Assembly (NCBI GenBank): GCA_000146045.2
Contig: BK006948.2
Location: 864,001-928,000, forward strand
DNA length: 64,000 bases
Direction of reading: 5' to 3'
From: TPA_inf: Saccharomyces
Lineage: Eukaryota
Position numbers and translations under genes: made by a program. The notes beneath the pieces were generated by a model, which saw only the letters and a program-made list of their open reading frames with translations, was not told the DNA's origin and did no database searches. Positions 54,606 through 64,000 of the stretch are shown here, one piece after another (within the stretch, counting starts at the first letter, position 1; each line of letters starts with the position of its first letter).

Positions 54606-57062
54606 CTACTGGGTTATTCTATTGGAATCTAGAAAATCGGAAAAGTTTTGTATTCTGATATCTCTTGTGCTATGTGGTGTCAACACATGTCCACGAAAAG
54701 GTACACTACCCTGGACACTAACAACACTTTCCAGTGGTGGTGACTGTACTGTGGTAAGGGATCTTTGCGAAGAGGAAGCAGGCTGGTAGTGATGTGCGGT
54801 TGGTGGTATCGTTAATTTATTTTGTGTGATCGTTACTTCCTGTACGTTAGGACCAGGTTCGAGCCCTTGGCTCTCATAGTTCCCAATATCTTCATCGCTG
54901 CCGCCCACAAAATCATCCTCTGATCTAACAGGAGTACTCATTGTTGAATAAAGTTTATTTTTGATTCCATTATTTATAGAGAGCTCGTAACATGGTGGCG
55001 AGAGCAACTCGACATCTTGGTAAATGGGAGGAACTTCTTCGTCCCAGGAGATTCCAAGTCCAGATCTTTCAGTGACTGTTAATCTGAATTGCATTCTTAA
55101 AACACGTGCTGCACCAGTGGGAACACTCACTATATTAGAGTTACTAGCACCGTTAGATGCCTTCTCCTTATTAGTACTATGGTTGGACTTATTACTATTC
55201 ACCGGTGTTATATCTTCAGGCCCCATGCGCCGTACTTTCGGTGTATTTCTATTTGCAAAAATTGGAGATAATTCAGCTAAGCGTTGATCAGGATTATGAA
55301 CATTCATCGTATTGTTATTAGTTTCTTTCTTGTTTTTGGAGTTTGGTTTCCGTATAGGTTGCCCATTGGCATATTGCAATGTTTCTTCTGCAACAACTAT
55401 TTCCACTGCCAAGATGTGGCTTACATACAAACCTAAATTTGGATCCTGTATATCGCAAGCCACATTGATGCTGGGCTTCTTATTGCCCGTGGAAGGAGTT
55501 TGTAGTGTCGATGCATGCATTACCGGATTAGAGACGCCTGAATTAAGTCCCATACAATCTATTTCTGTAACTAGCTCAATCTTTCCATTATTGTCAAAAT
55601 CGGTTTTCCATCCACTCTTCATTTCTCCCTTAGATATTATCCGAACCTCTTCCGTAAATAAACTACTGTTGTTTTTTAGCTCTTGTTGAAGTTGTTGTTG
55701 TCTTGCGCGTTGTTGCTGCATTAGTAACTCCTGACGCAAAGCGTCGTCACTGGGATGGATGAATTCGCTACCGGGTTGGTCTTCCTCATCTTCATTAACA
55801 GGATTTTCATCATCAAGTCCAACATTACCAGTTGACGCTGGACCCGAAGAATTAGGTGCTTGTTCACGACCGGGCTCGCCTGGAAGCCTTTGCGACGGCA
55901 TATTTTCTAAAGAGTTTACTGCAACCCGGATTTGTGGGCCTAGTTCACCATAACGCTTAATATGACTGCGTGGCTTTTTACTTTTTTCTGACTCTTTTAT
56001 TTTAACCTGCTCTTCTAACTGCCTCAATTCATGCTTGTGCACTGGACAAGCATGTGCTTTAACTCTTGTAGTTTCTTCAATTCTCCAACTCAATTTACGC
56101 ATTCGCCATCTCCTATCCCCCGAAGAAACACCGTCTAATTTCATCTCCAAAGGAAAAGTAGATTTAGGATATACAACATTAGGAAGAACAGCAGCAGCAG
56201 TTAACTCTGTAGGAGGAAATACTCTTAGAGAATTCTTATCAGGCCCGCGCGGTATACTTCGAGTCACGGCGATGGGCATCGCTAGTTGCAACAACCGCTT
56301 CTTAGAAGAGCTTCCTTCTTTCCTGGGAGTAGAATGACCGGAAGAAAAGGAATTTCTATGAGGATCTATATACGTCACAACAGCGATAAGTTCGTATTTG
56401 ACCTGGGTTTCAGCCGTAGCACCTAGCGATGAAGAACATGGGACAGACCCCGGTATAAGATAGGAAAATGGGTAAGAGTGGCTTCCAACAGAAAGATCCT
56501 GGGTATTACTCTGAATTTCCCAGCTTTTCATGTTTGTAATCTTTGTTTTACAGTTCATACAGGTTTGCATTGAGGAAATATTAGGCACAAAGGGTTTATG
56601 GAAATGGATCTTCTGTACCAAACTTAGTGTTACCGACGTAATGGTGATCTTGGTATAACCAGCCATTATTCTTAAATTAGCAGGCGTGGGAGAATGCGAT
56701 ATGGATGTAGAAGATGTTGAAGGAGAGATATTTGACGTCGACGCTGACAAGCTGGACAATCTAGATGAAAGTGCAGAACCAAATGTACTCTTTCTTTTTA
56801 GGCTTTTAGAAGTAGTCGACACATTAGATTCTGTATTCTTTAAAGATTTATCTTCAGCACTACTGTAGGGATCGACAACCGTCACAGTAAAAAGTCCACT
56901 TAGCACAGCACCTGAGGATTCCATAGCAGACCCATAAAGAACACATGGCGGTGATTCTACATCAATAGAAAGGGTTAGTGGAAGACTTTGTCCTTTTTTG
57001 TTGCTATTACTGTAGCCGTTATGATTGGACTGATGAGTAGATGTAAGACGTGAAAATGCCAT
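54606..57062 (-). CDS. LDB19: Arrestin-related trafficking adaptor (Rsp5 adaptor) with PPxY motifs, 818 aa
   Basis: 818-aa ORF. PY motifs PPIY (55020-55031) and PPCY (54987-54998) are present. Exact LDB19/ART1 length. Confidence 0.92.
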   Translation of the reverse strand: MAFSRLTSTHQSNHNGYSNSNKKGQSLPLTLSIDVESPPCVLYGSAMESSGAVLSGLFTVTVVDPYSSAEDKSLKNTESNVSTTSKSLKRKSTFGSALSSRLSSLSASTSNISPSTSSTSISHSPTPANLRIMAGYTKITITSVTLSLVQKIHFHKPFVPNISSMQTCMNCKTKITNMKSWEIQSNTQDLSVGSHSYPFSYLIPGSVPCSSSLGATAETQVKYELIAVVTYIDPHRNSFSSGHSTPRKEGSSSKKRLLQLAMPIAVTRSIPRGPDKNSLRVFPPTELTAAAVLPNVVYPKSTFPLEMKLDGVSSGDRRWRMRKLSWRIEETTRVKAHACPVHKHELRQLEEQVKIKESEKSKKPRSHIKRYGELGPQIRVAVNSLENMPSQRLPGEPGREQAPNSSGPASTGNVGLDDENPVNEDEEDQPGSEFIHPSDDALRQELLMQQQRARQQQLQQELKNNSSLFTEEVRIISKGEMKSGWKTDFDNNGKIELVTEIDCMGLNSGVSNPVMHASTLQTPSTGNKKPSINVACDIQDPNLGLYVSHILAVEIVVAEETLQYANGQPIRKPNSKNKKETNNNTMNVHNPDQRLAELSPIFANRNTPKVRRMGPEDITPVNSNKSNHSTNKEKASNGASNSNIVSVPTGAARVLRMQFRLTVTERSGLGISWDEEVPPIYQDVELLSPPCYELSINNGIKNKLYSTMSTPVRSEDDFVGGSDEDIGNYESQGLEPGPNVQEVTITQNKLTIPPTAHHYQPASSSQRSLTTVQSPPLESVVSVQGSVPFRGHVLTPHSTRDIRIQNFSDFLDSNRITQ

Positions 57063-57534
57063 GGTAAAACGTATTGTTTAGTGAAATGTATACTAAGTAG
57101 GAGTAAAAATCAGCAATTTCTGGTGTTGAAATGTGAACAACAGCGTTCTCCTCCGAAAAAGCAAGCTATAACGTTGCTCAACTTTTGATTCCGAAATCAG
57201 AAGCTTAAATAAGGAAAACTGAAAGCTAATTGGATGAAGCACACAAACTTAATCAACCTTATTATTCAAAGTATTCGGAGCCCTAGTAAAAACTGCCTAT
57301 GATATGTATGAGTCGTGCTTTTCCGTCTGGTTTAATAAGTGTTCGAGTCAGCTCAAATCGCATTTTTGTCTTGAAGCTTCCGCCAAAAGAAAAAAAAAGT
57401 CGTTAATAGCGATACAAGTAAGCAATTAACTATCACACCATAGAATGAGTTGACAAGAGTACTTATTTGATGGCTTTACTGAACTATGTATACACGTCCT
57501 TCATACATGGAACTTAGCTTTATCCTAAAAATTT

Positions 57535-58905
57535 TTATAATGTCACAGTCTTTATATCTAAATCCTTGTGAACAAAAGCTTTGTTACCACCAGCACCAAG
57601 GTAGTCACTAGCAACCTGGCCGTCACCTCTTATTTGGTATTGATAACTCACCAGACCGTCCAAGCCAACTGGACCACGGGCGTGAATCTTAGAGGTAGAA
57701 ATACCCACTTCAGCACCAAAACCGTACCTGAAACCATCGGCAAATCTAGTTGATGCATTCCAGTAAACACCAGAGGAGTCGACACCCTTCATAAATTTTT
57801 CAGCGTTTGCTTTATTTTCCGTTACAATAGCGTCGGTATGTCTCGAAGAGTGTGTATTTATATGTTGAATGGCCGATTCTGTAGATGTAACAAACTTGGC
57901 AGCCAAATCCAAGGATAAAAATTCCTTATCAAAATCTTGCTCCTCATCAGCATCAACGGTTTTGCATTGAATTGCTTCTGTCAATTTCCCTAACTCATTC
58001 AGTTTATCAAAATACGCAGTTTTCAAATCTTTTGTAGCGTGGATAGTCACTCCGCCTTCCAAAGTTAAGTTTTCCAGAACTTCCCACCACTTAGAGAATT
58101 TTGGGTTAATCAACAACGTTTCCATAGCGTTGCAACCAGCTGGGTAGTTAGTCTTTGCATCCAAACTAATTCTTTTTGCCTTAATCAAATCTGCGTCTTC
58201 ATCCAAGTAAATTGAGCAGATACCATCCGCATGACCCAACACGGGAATTTTTGTAGTGTCCTTGATTTTTCTGACTAAGGCATTGGAACCACGAGGAACA
58301 ACTAAGTCGATGTACTCATCTTGATCCAACAAGTCGGAAACATCCTGTCTGGTTTCGATCAATTGCACAGAGCCCACAGGAACACCAGTCTCACTTTGGA
58401 ATTGTGCAATGGTGTCGTTAACGATCTTTGCCATTTCTCTGAACGTGTTCACAGACTCTTTACCACCCTTCAAAATTGCAGCATTACCAGACTTGATACT
58501 CAATGCGGTAATATTGGCAATAACTTCTGGACGGGATTCAAAGATAACTAACAAAACGCCGACTGGAGCGGTTACTTGGTACAACGTCAAGCCATCATCT
58601 AATTCCCTGGCCATTTTAACCTTGCCAACAGGGTCTTCTAGTTCGGCTACATCCTTAATACCTTGTAACATAACTTCAAATTTGTCCCCTTTAAATAGGT
58701 CGAGACGTTTCAATAAAGAATCCGCTAGGCCAGTCTCTTTGGCAACAGCTAAATCGATTTTATTCGCTTCTTCAATGGCATGCGCATTAGCCTTCAGGGC
58801 ATCGTGAATTTTGTATAAAATATCTGATCTGCCCTCGTTTGAGATGGTTTTCAAAATATTCCCTGCTTTACGGGCATTTTTGGCTATTTGTTGTGAACTG
58901 GACAT
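57535..58905 (-). CDS. PRO2: Gamma-glutamyl phosphate reductase (proline biosynthesis, ALDH superfamily), 456 aa
   Basis: 456-aa ORF MSSSQQIAKNARKAGNILKT... with conserved glutamate-5-semialdehyde dehydrogenase blocks. Confidence 0.95.
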   Translation of the reverse strand: MSSSQQIAKNARKAGNILKTISNEGRSDILYKIHDALKANAHAIEEANKIDLAVAKETGLADSLLKRLDLFKGDKFEVMLQGIKDVAELEDPVGKVKMARELDDGLTLYQVTAPVGVLLVIFESRPEVIANITALSIKSGNAAILKGGKESVNTFREMAKIVNDTIAQFQSETGVPVGSVQLIETRQDVSDLLDQDEYIDLVVPRGSNALVRKIKDTTKIPVLGHADGICSIYLDEDADLIKAKRISLDAKTNYPAGCNAMETLLINPKFSKWWEVLENLTLEGGVTIHATKDLKTAYFDKLNELGKLTEAIQCKTVDADEEQDFDKEFLSLDLAAKFVTSTESAIQHINTHSSRHTDAIVTENKANAEKFMKGVDSSGVYWNASTRFADGFRYGFGAEVGISTSKIHARGPVGLDGLVSYQYQIRGDGQVASDYLGAGGNKAFVHKDLDIKTVTL

Positions 58906-59231
58906 CTTTATATTGGTTGCCTGTGCTCCTTTTTGTTCTTACTCTTTTTACCAATACGCTTTTACTTTTTCTCTTCTTTTCTTGAAGCTTTTTGAAAAAC
59001 GTCTGTCGACTTTTTTCATTTTTTGACTCATTGACCCAACGCCACAAATGAACAAAGAAATTTGGCCACTGCATCGCCTTTCCTGCCCCATTGATTCAAA
59101 TGTCCATGCGCGTTGATTGATGTGTGATATATATATATATATATATGTATATAGATGTATATTATTATGTTCAGAGGTGATTTTATCTTTGTACGCGTAC
59201 CATTTTTGTAAAGTGACCTTGTTTTGACTTT

Positions 59232-61040
59232 TTAACGAGTAAAAAAACGAGTTAACAAATTCTTGACGTAAACGATAAAGCCGCCCATCAAAAGAAATGC
59301 AATAATGTCAATGATGAAATACCTATACAGGTAGATGGATTTCGTGTTGTTCTTCGATTTATTTAACACGTTTTTCAGCTCTATCAAACTATCCATTTCC
59401 CTTAGAGAGGACTTTTGTTTATTTAATCTCTCTTGGCAAACCTCCATTCTCCTTTCCAATCCTTGTAATTGCGCTACACTTTCTTCGACTGATATCTTTA
59501 ATTCATTAATAAACGCCTTATTGTCATCCTCGTCAAAGTCTGATTTCAACTTGACCAAGAATTGATTAATCACCGTGGTTCGCAAGGTGGTCATTTCGTC
59601 TAATAAAAGGGTTAACTCTCCTGATAGAAGATCATACTTTTGGATAGTTTTTTGAACGTTGTTTTCATTCTTGATTATTGTATCGTTTAAATTTCTTCTC
59701 ATCTCATTCTCGATCTTCACTAGAAGTGTCGAAATATGATTTTGATAATAATTCAATTCATCAATGTTATCATTCAAATTTGAGTTGCTCTTCGAAATAG
59801 AGTTTGAGCTAGAATCAGGAGTGGCTGCGGAGCCATTATTATTGTTCACCTTCAGTACACTCTTGAACCTAGTGGAAGAATCCGCTGACTTCTGCCTATT
59901 CAGTAAATACTTAAATCCCAAGGTATCGGTGCCAGGTGCAGTGGAAGAGCCTGATGAATTCCTTGGTTTCCTCTGGTTAGTCAAATATCCTAAAGAGGGA
60001 TATACACCGTTTAAACTTCTTCTATCCACATCTTCTGAATCTGATGAGGTGGATGACGTGGACGAAAAGGCTGATGACGACAAAAATGCTGGTACATTAG
60101 AACGGGAATACAGAAATGACGAAGAATCGTTGACAGCAGAACCGTCCAAATCATGATAAAACAAAGATGTGCTGGGGGAGGAGTTTACGGAAATTTGTGA
60201 TTGAGAATGCATATTCCCTAATTTAATGCCGCCAGCGGTGGATGAGGGCTCAAACACTACCGACTCCCTCAACGTATCAAATGGGTCTGAATTTCCCAAA
60301 GAAGGCTGTAAAAATTGGTTAACCAATCGTTTCCTCTCATAATCAAAAGAACCAGCGGATGATCTACGTTGCGAAGAGGAGGAACCCTGTATTTGATTGA
60401 AAGCTAGCCCAGTATGACAGCTTTGGAAAACGGACATCGAACCACGACGTCCTTTACTAAGGCAAGACAATCTGGCCCTATTAGAGTTGAAGTCGGTTTT
60501 CGGCGACACTCTGAATGGATCATCCAAACTGGATGCCCCACTATATGATCTACTGTGTCGACCTACTCTGTTATCGATGTCATCTTCAAACAAAAAATCG
60601 CTAAACTTCCCGGTTTTGGTCGATCCCAGGACAGGTAAGCTAGTCATTTCCAATGAACGTTGTCGTACCCCATGTGCCCTATTCTTTGTCACATATAAAT
60701 GTCTCCTATCATGCAGCGCAGGCTGTTCCTCCTTTTCTTTCTCCCTTTCCTTTTGTAACAACGATCCCAAGTTTACTTCAGTGCTTGGTCTTGGGACCAC
60801 CGGATTATCATTCACTGCTATGACAGGTAATCTAGAAGATGATTTCGAAAAGTGTGCAACATTTGTTTTAGCTTGTAGAGGTTCCGGCTGCGGCTGCGGC
60901 TGTAGACCGGATTCTTTTATCTTCACTGCGTCGCCACTGGAAGCCCTTCTTCCCTTACAAAAGCCTCTTGGGAATGAAGGAGGTAACAGGGTACAGTTCC
61001 TCGATCCGGGATTCTCCATCCGGTCAATTAGCAAGTTCAT
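59232..61040 (-). CDS. FRT1: Tail-anchored ER membrane protein, calcineurin substrate; Ser-rich with a C-terminal TM helix, 602 aa
   Basis: The track ORF starts at GTG 61046. The ATG at 61040 gives [15 protein letters not shown]... of 602 aa. C-terminal anchor [17 protein letters not shown]. Confidence 0.85.
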
Positions 61041-61720
61041 TTTCACTTAATGTATCAACTATAACTTAAACCAAAAAAAAAAAAAAATTTAGATATGGGA
61101 AGGTCTTTTCCTCCACAAATAGGGTGAACTATCCGACCCAGATCAATAAATAAATAGGCTCGAAGACGCCTCAGAACTCCGGTCACTGGTTTGTCTTGTT
61201 GATATACGATGTGCCAAGCGCCGTTTCTCGATGCTTATCTGGTTTAGTTTACGCTGTTAAAACCAAAACCCCAACAGATTTTCGACCCTAACGTATGTAG
61301 GGCTAAAATAGATATTGAGTAGGTTACAATTAATTATTGGCAATTGCACCTAGTGACACATTTACGAAAACGTAGGGCAAAAACTATTACCCGACCCAGG
61401 GCTATTTTGTGATTTTTTCCTTTTTTTTGTTTATGATCGCGCTTCTCGAAAAGCCAAATATCAGAAATCCCAAACACGCCTTCATTTGATACGATTCGTA
61501 GCCTGCGTTTCAGAGATCTATCAACTTTGCAAGGCCAATCAGAGAACAAAAAAGTCTCGCAAAGTCATTTCACTTTTCTCGCTTGAAATTATTCGTTCGA
61601 TTTCTGGCTGCTTGCTTGTTTTTTGTTTTCTAAGGTACTATTCGACACCATTCCATTGGACAGCGATACTTATACCATTGTACATATAGGACATAAAAAC
61701 AGCAGATATTACAGCGTATA

Positions 61721-64000
61721 ATGTCTTTTGAAGTGGGTACACGATGCTGGTATCCCCATAAAGAATTGGGCTGGATTGGGGCGGAAGTAATCAAAAATGA
61801 GTTCAACGACGGCAAGTACCACCTGGAGTTACAATTGGAAGACGATGAAATCGTGTCCGTGGACACAAAAGACTTGAATAACGATAAGGACCAATCTCTA
61901 CCGCTTCTTAGAAACCCTCCCATTTTGGAAGCAACGGAAGATTTGACCTCTTTATCTTACTTGAATGAGCCAGCTGTTTTACATGCCATCAAACAGCGCT
62001 ATTCTCAATTGAATATCTACACATACTCGGGTATTGTTCTGATTGCTACAAACCCTTTTGATCGTGTCGACCAGCTTTATACACAAGACATGATCCAAGC
62101 ATATGCGGGAAAGCGCAGAGGTGAACTGGAACCTCACTTGTTTGCCATTGCCGAAGAAGCGTATAGGTTGATGAAAAATGACAAACAAAATCAAACCATT
62201 GTGGTAAGTGGTGAATCTGGTGCTGGAAAAACGGTTTCTGCCAAGTATATTATGCGTTATTTTGCTTCTGTAGAAGAGGAAAATTCCGCTACTGTACAAC
62301 ATCAAGTGGAAATGTCGGAAACAGAACAAAAGATTCTAGCTACAAACCCTATCATGGAAGCATTTGGTAATGCTAAGACTACCAGAAATGACAATTCTTC
62401 CAGATTTGGTAAGTATCTAGAAATTTTATTCGATAAGGACACATCTATTATTGGAGCAAGGATCCGCACATACTTGTTGGAACGGTCCAGATTAGTTTAC
62501 CAGCCGCCAATTGAGAGAAACTACCACATATTTTATCAATTAATGGCTGGATTACCAGCTCAAACCAAGGAGGAATTGCATCTTACCGATGCCTCAGATT
62601 ACTTCTACATGAACCAAGGCGGTGACACCAAGATCAACGGTATTGATGATGCCAAAGAATACAAAATTACAGTAGATGCATTGACATTAGTCGGAATCAC
62701 CAAGGAAACTCAACACCAAATATTTAAGATCTTGGCCGCACTTCTGCATATCGGTAACATAGAAATTAAAAAAACTAGAAATGATGCATCACTATCAGCT
62801 GATGAGCCAAACCTGAAACTGGCGTGCGAATTGCTGGGAATTGATGCCTACAACTTTGCCAAATGGGTCACCAAAAAGCAGATCATTACAAGGTCAGAGA
62901 AAATTGTTTCGAATCTAAATTATAGTCAAGCTCTGGTTGCCAAAGATTCCGTGGCTAAGTTTATTTATTCCGCCCTTTTCGATTGGCTTGTGGAAAATAT
63001 CAACACCGTGTTATGCAACCCGGCTGTGAACGACCAAATTAGCTCATTTATTGGTGTTCTGGATATTTATGGGTTTGAACATTTTGAAAAAAATTCATTT
63101 GAACAATTTTGTATTAACTATGCCAACGAAAAACTACAACAAGAGTTCAACCAACATGTTTTCAAATTAGAGCAAGAAGAATACGTTAAAGAAGAAATTG
63201 AATGGTCTTTTATAGAGTTTAATGATAATCAACCTTGTATTGATCTGATTGAAAACAAGTTGGGTATTTTATCACTGCTTGACGAAGAAAGTAGGTTACC
63301 TGCTGGTTCCGACGAATCTTGGACCCAAAAACTTTATCAAACTTTGGATAAATCTCCTACGAACAAAGTATTTTCTAAACCAAGATTCGGGCAAACTAAA
63401 TTTATCGTGAGCCATTATGCTCTAGATGTCGCTTATGATGTGGAAGGATTTATTGAAAAAAATAGAGACACCGTATCTGACGGACATTTGGAAGTGTTGA
63501 AGGCTTCTACCAACGAGACACTAATAAATATCTTAGAGGGATTAGAAAAAGCTGCCAAAAAACTGGAAGAAGCGAAAAAGCTTGAATTAGAGCAGGCTGG
63601 CAGTAAAAAGCCAGGTCCGATAAGAACGGTTAACAGGAAACCCACTTTAGGTTCCATGTTTAAGCAATCTTTGATTGAACTAATGAATACCATCAACTCA
63701 ACTAATGTTCATTATATTCGTTGTATAAAGCCTAATGCAGATAAAGAAGCTTGGCAATTTGATAATTTGATGGTGTTGTCTCAACTCAGAGCCTGTGGTG
63801 TTTTGGAAACTATTAGAATATCTTGTGCTGGGTTTCCTTCTAGGTGGACTTTTGAAGAATTTGTATTAAGATATTACATCTTGATACCACATGAGCAGTG
63901 GGACCTAATCTTCAAAAAAAAGGAAACTACAGAAGAAGATATCATATCAGTGGTTAAAATGATCCTAGATGCTACTGTAAAGGACAAATCCAAGTACCAG
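61721..64000 (+). CDS. MYO2: Class V myosin heavy chain, motor domain (3' end lies outside the window)
   Basis: ATG at 61721 gives MSFEVGTRCWYPHKELGWIGAEV.... The P-loop GESGAGKT is at about 62210-62233, and Switch-II LDIYGFE is at about 63060. The frame stays open to the window end. Confidence 0.93.
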   Translation, partial: MSFEVGTRCWYPHKELGWIGAEVIKNEFNDGKYHLELQLEDDEIVSVDTKDLNNDKDQSLPLLRNPPILEATEDLTSLSYLNEPAVLHAIKQRYSQLNIYTYSGIVLIATNPFDRVDQLYTQDMIQAYAGKRRGELEPHLFAIAEEAYRLMKNDKQNQTIVVSGESGAGKTVSAKYIMRYFASVEEENSATVQHQVEMSETEQKILATNPIMEAFGNAKTTRNDNSSRFGKYLEILFDKDTSIIGARIRTYLLERSRLVYQPPIERNYHIFYQLMAGLPAQTKEELHLTDASDYFYMNQGGDTKINGIDDAKEYKITVDALTLVGITKETQHQIFKILAALLHIGNIEIKKTRNDASLSADEPNLKLACELLGIDAYNFAKWVTKKQIITRSEKIVSNLNYSQALVAKDSVAKFIYSALFDWLVENINTVLCNPAVNDQISSFIGVLDIYGFEHFEKNSFEQFCINYANEKLQQEFNQHVFKLEQEEYVKEEIEWSFIEFNDNQPCIDLIENKLGILSLLDEESRLPAGSDESWTQKLYQTLDKSPTNKVFSKPRFGQTKFIVSHYALDVAYDVEGFIEKNRDTVSDGHLEVLKASTNETLINILEGLEKAAKKLEEAKKLELEQAGSKKPGPIRTVNRKPTLGSMFKQSLIELMNTINSTNVHYIRCIKPNADKEAWQFDNLMVLSQLRACGVLETIRISCAGFPSRWTFEEFVLRYYILIPHEQWDLIFKKKETTEEDIISVVKMILDATVKDKSKYQ

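Noticed and set aside
54856-54870. ggttcgagccc resembling a tRNA T-arm (GGTTCGAnnCC)
   Set aside because: It lies inside the LDB19 coding sequence. No acceptor stem, anticodon arm or D-arm can be built around it. No tRNA gene is supported anywhere in the window.
60487-61050. 187-aa plus-strand ORF antisense to FRT1 (dubious YOR325W position)
   Set aside because: It is fully embedded antisense in the Ser-rich FRT1 CDS. Low-complexity translation. An antisense shadow ORF.

Overview
This window is Saccharomyces cerevisiae nuclear DNA from the right arm of chromosome XV. It is colinear with the reference gene order YOR291W (YPK9, 5'-truncated at the window edge) through YOR326W (MYO2, 3'-truncated). 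I recognise 33 protein-coding genes, and every called ORF length equals the known protein length, so nothing looks disrupted or inserted. In order they are: YPK9, YOR292C, RPS10A (one intron), RRS1, UAF30, YOR296W, TIM18, MUM3, MBF1, BUD7, RAX1, the CPA1 leader uORF (arginine attenuator peptide) plus CPA1, ISW2, BIL1/YOR304C-A, RRG7, MCH5, SLY41, SNU66, NOP58, DGK1, RPL20B (intron after a 1-nt first exon), SPS4, SFG1, COT1, FAA1, HSH49, GNT1, PMT3, LDB19/ART1, PRO2, FRT1 and MYO2. The supplied ORF track evidently accepts GTG/TTG as starts. I therefore moved several starts to the first in-frame ATG: UAF30, YOR296W, TIM18, CPA1, ISW2, SLY41, HSH49 and FRT1. I found no tRNA, rRNA, Ty/LTR element, CRISPR array or prokaryote-type structure. 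Every intergenic ORF over 100 codons is either a known dubious ORF or a low-complexity shadow of a real gene. I do not see a previously undescribed system here. The noteworthy items are known or inferable regulatory and structural features. These include the CPA1 uORF, the single-nucleotide first exon of RPL20B, Rap1 sites at the two RP genes, RRPE/PAC ribosome-biogenesis (Ribi) motifs at RRS1 and NOP58, and Ndt80 MSEs at the sporulation genes MUM3 and SPS4. They also include an Aft1-type site and a duplicated CGGCCG element upstream of COT1, PY motifs in the arrestin LDB19, an Mrr/PD-(D/E)xK-like signature in the mitochondrial protein RRG7, and a C2-domain core in the large uncharacterised YOR296W. 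All coordinates come from manual counting against the printed sequence and the ORF track. There is a 1-nt disagreement between the two near 52.0 kb (see rejected notes).
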